A stretch of 17,267 bases of DNA from Polyangiales bacterium. GTDB taxonomy: Bacteria; Myxococcota_A; Polyangia; Polyangiales; Houyiibacteriaceae. Shown here piece after piece: positions 16,648-17,267 of the stretch. The translations under genes and the position numbers were made by a program. Below the pieces are notes generated by a model. The model was not told the DNA's origin. It searched no databases and worked only from the letters and a program-made list of their open reading frames with translations. Location: positions 1 through 17,267 of the forward strand of contig JBGCFM010000184.1 of the NCBI GenBank assembly GCA_045106895.1, written 5' to 3'. Positions within the stretch are counted from its first letter, which is position 1. Each line of letters starts with the position of its first letter.

Positions 16648-17049
16648 ATGAGTATCTCGCGCCCTCTGTCCGAGGTCGCTGCGACGCGCGTATGCGATAG
16701 CCGCATCGAGTCCGGCGTGGAATTCTCGTGCTGTCAGTCCGGCGGCGAGCTGGTCTGTTGGGGCCTTGAAGAGTTCAGGGGCCGCTGGGAGCTCGCGCAC
16801 TCGAACACGTCGATAGCCGCGGGGGACCGCCACTTTTGCTACGTCGATACGGAAGGCGACGTGTACTGCGGGGGCGATTGTAGCGAAGCGGACTGCGGTC
16901 GTGATAGCGGCTCTTCGTGGCTCGACGAACCGACACGCCTGGGTGTTCCCTCACCCGGGCGTGAGGTCCTCATCAGCGGCGAGACTTGGGTTGTGCTGAG
17001 GTCCGGGGAGCGCTTGTCCTGGGAGCGCGGAGAGTGGGAAGAGCGGTAG
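16648..17049 (+). pseudogene. RCC1-repeat protein fragment (about 3 blades)
   Basis: IESGVEFSCC..GGELVCWG and IAAGDRHFCYVDTEGDVYCGG are RCC1-type repeats. At 133 aa it is too short for a 7-blade propeller. It has no signal peptide, and only 26 nt separate it from the divergent ATG at 16621. Confidence 0.55.
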
Positions 17050-17080
17050 AGAAACAGGTGTTCGCTACCGCCCGTGTGTC

Positions 17081-17223
17081 CTAGCGATGGACGAGGGGAT
17101 ACGTCATCGCGGCCACCGAATCGACGAGGCGCGCCGCCGCAGCGGCATCGACATCGGACACATCGCGCCAACGCCGCGCCACCTTGAGAATCTCCGAGAG
17201 CAAACGCTCGAGTTTTCGAATCG
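17081..17223 (-). pseudogene. C-terminal part or remnant of a four-helix-bundle (TIGR02436 / 23S rRNA IVP-like) protein
   Basis: A frame not listed in the ORF track, open to the window edge, reads ...IRKLERLLSEILKVARRWRDVSDVDAAAAARLVDSVAAMTYPLVHR*. It resembles the L.VA..W.......A..L.D.V.AM...L.HR ending I recall for myxobacterial four-helix-bundle proteins. Confidence 0.45.
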
Positions 17224-17267
17224 GAACCCGAACCCGAACCTGAACCCCATCCTGAACCCGAACCCGA
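17224..17267. repeat. Hexamer tandem array (GAACCC)n running off the window edge
   Basis: GAACCC GAACCC GAACCT GAACCC CATCCT GAACCC GAACCC GA; at least 7 units. Confidence 0.9.

Noticed and set aside
16839..17267. Minus-strand SGSGSGWGSG...ARCVRCRCRC frame as a Cys-rich peptide or RiPP precursor
   Set aside because: It overlaps the RCC1 fragment antisense, there are no modifying enzymes nearby, and the adjacent frame gives a more protein-like helical sequence.
17224..17267. Telomere-like or CRISPR repeat
   Set aside because: It is a simple degenerate hexamer without spacers in a bacterial context, and no cas genes are present.

Overview
High-GC, gene-dense bacterial window that most resembles a myxobacterium (Myxococcota, Polyangiales-like). 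This taxonomic call is an inference from lipoproteins with Asp/Ala/Gly-rich stalks, a TIGR02265/DUF2378-like protein, a STAS/SEC14-like protein and RCC1-type repeats. From left to right: a partial hypothetical ORF, a GFA-family Zn protein, two divergent paralogous PL1 pectate-lyase-like lipoproteins separated by one gene, and a membrane glycosylation cluster (a DPM/DPG-synthase-like GT2 plus two divergently transcribed GT-C-like polytopic proteins). Next come a 160-bp MITE with perfect 15-bp terminal inverted repeats and TTAG direct repeats, several hypothetical membrane/lipoproteins (one with a duplicated six-Cys domain) and a large beta-rich protein. The right end is decayed: a doubly frameshifted DUF4303-like gene, an RCC1 fragment, and a four-helix-bundle-like remnant next to a (GAACCC)n array at the window edge. 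No rRNA, tRNA, CRISPR array or transposase was seen. All family assignments come from motif recognition by eye, not from database searches.
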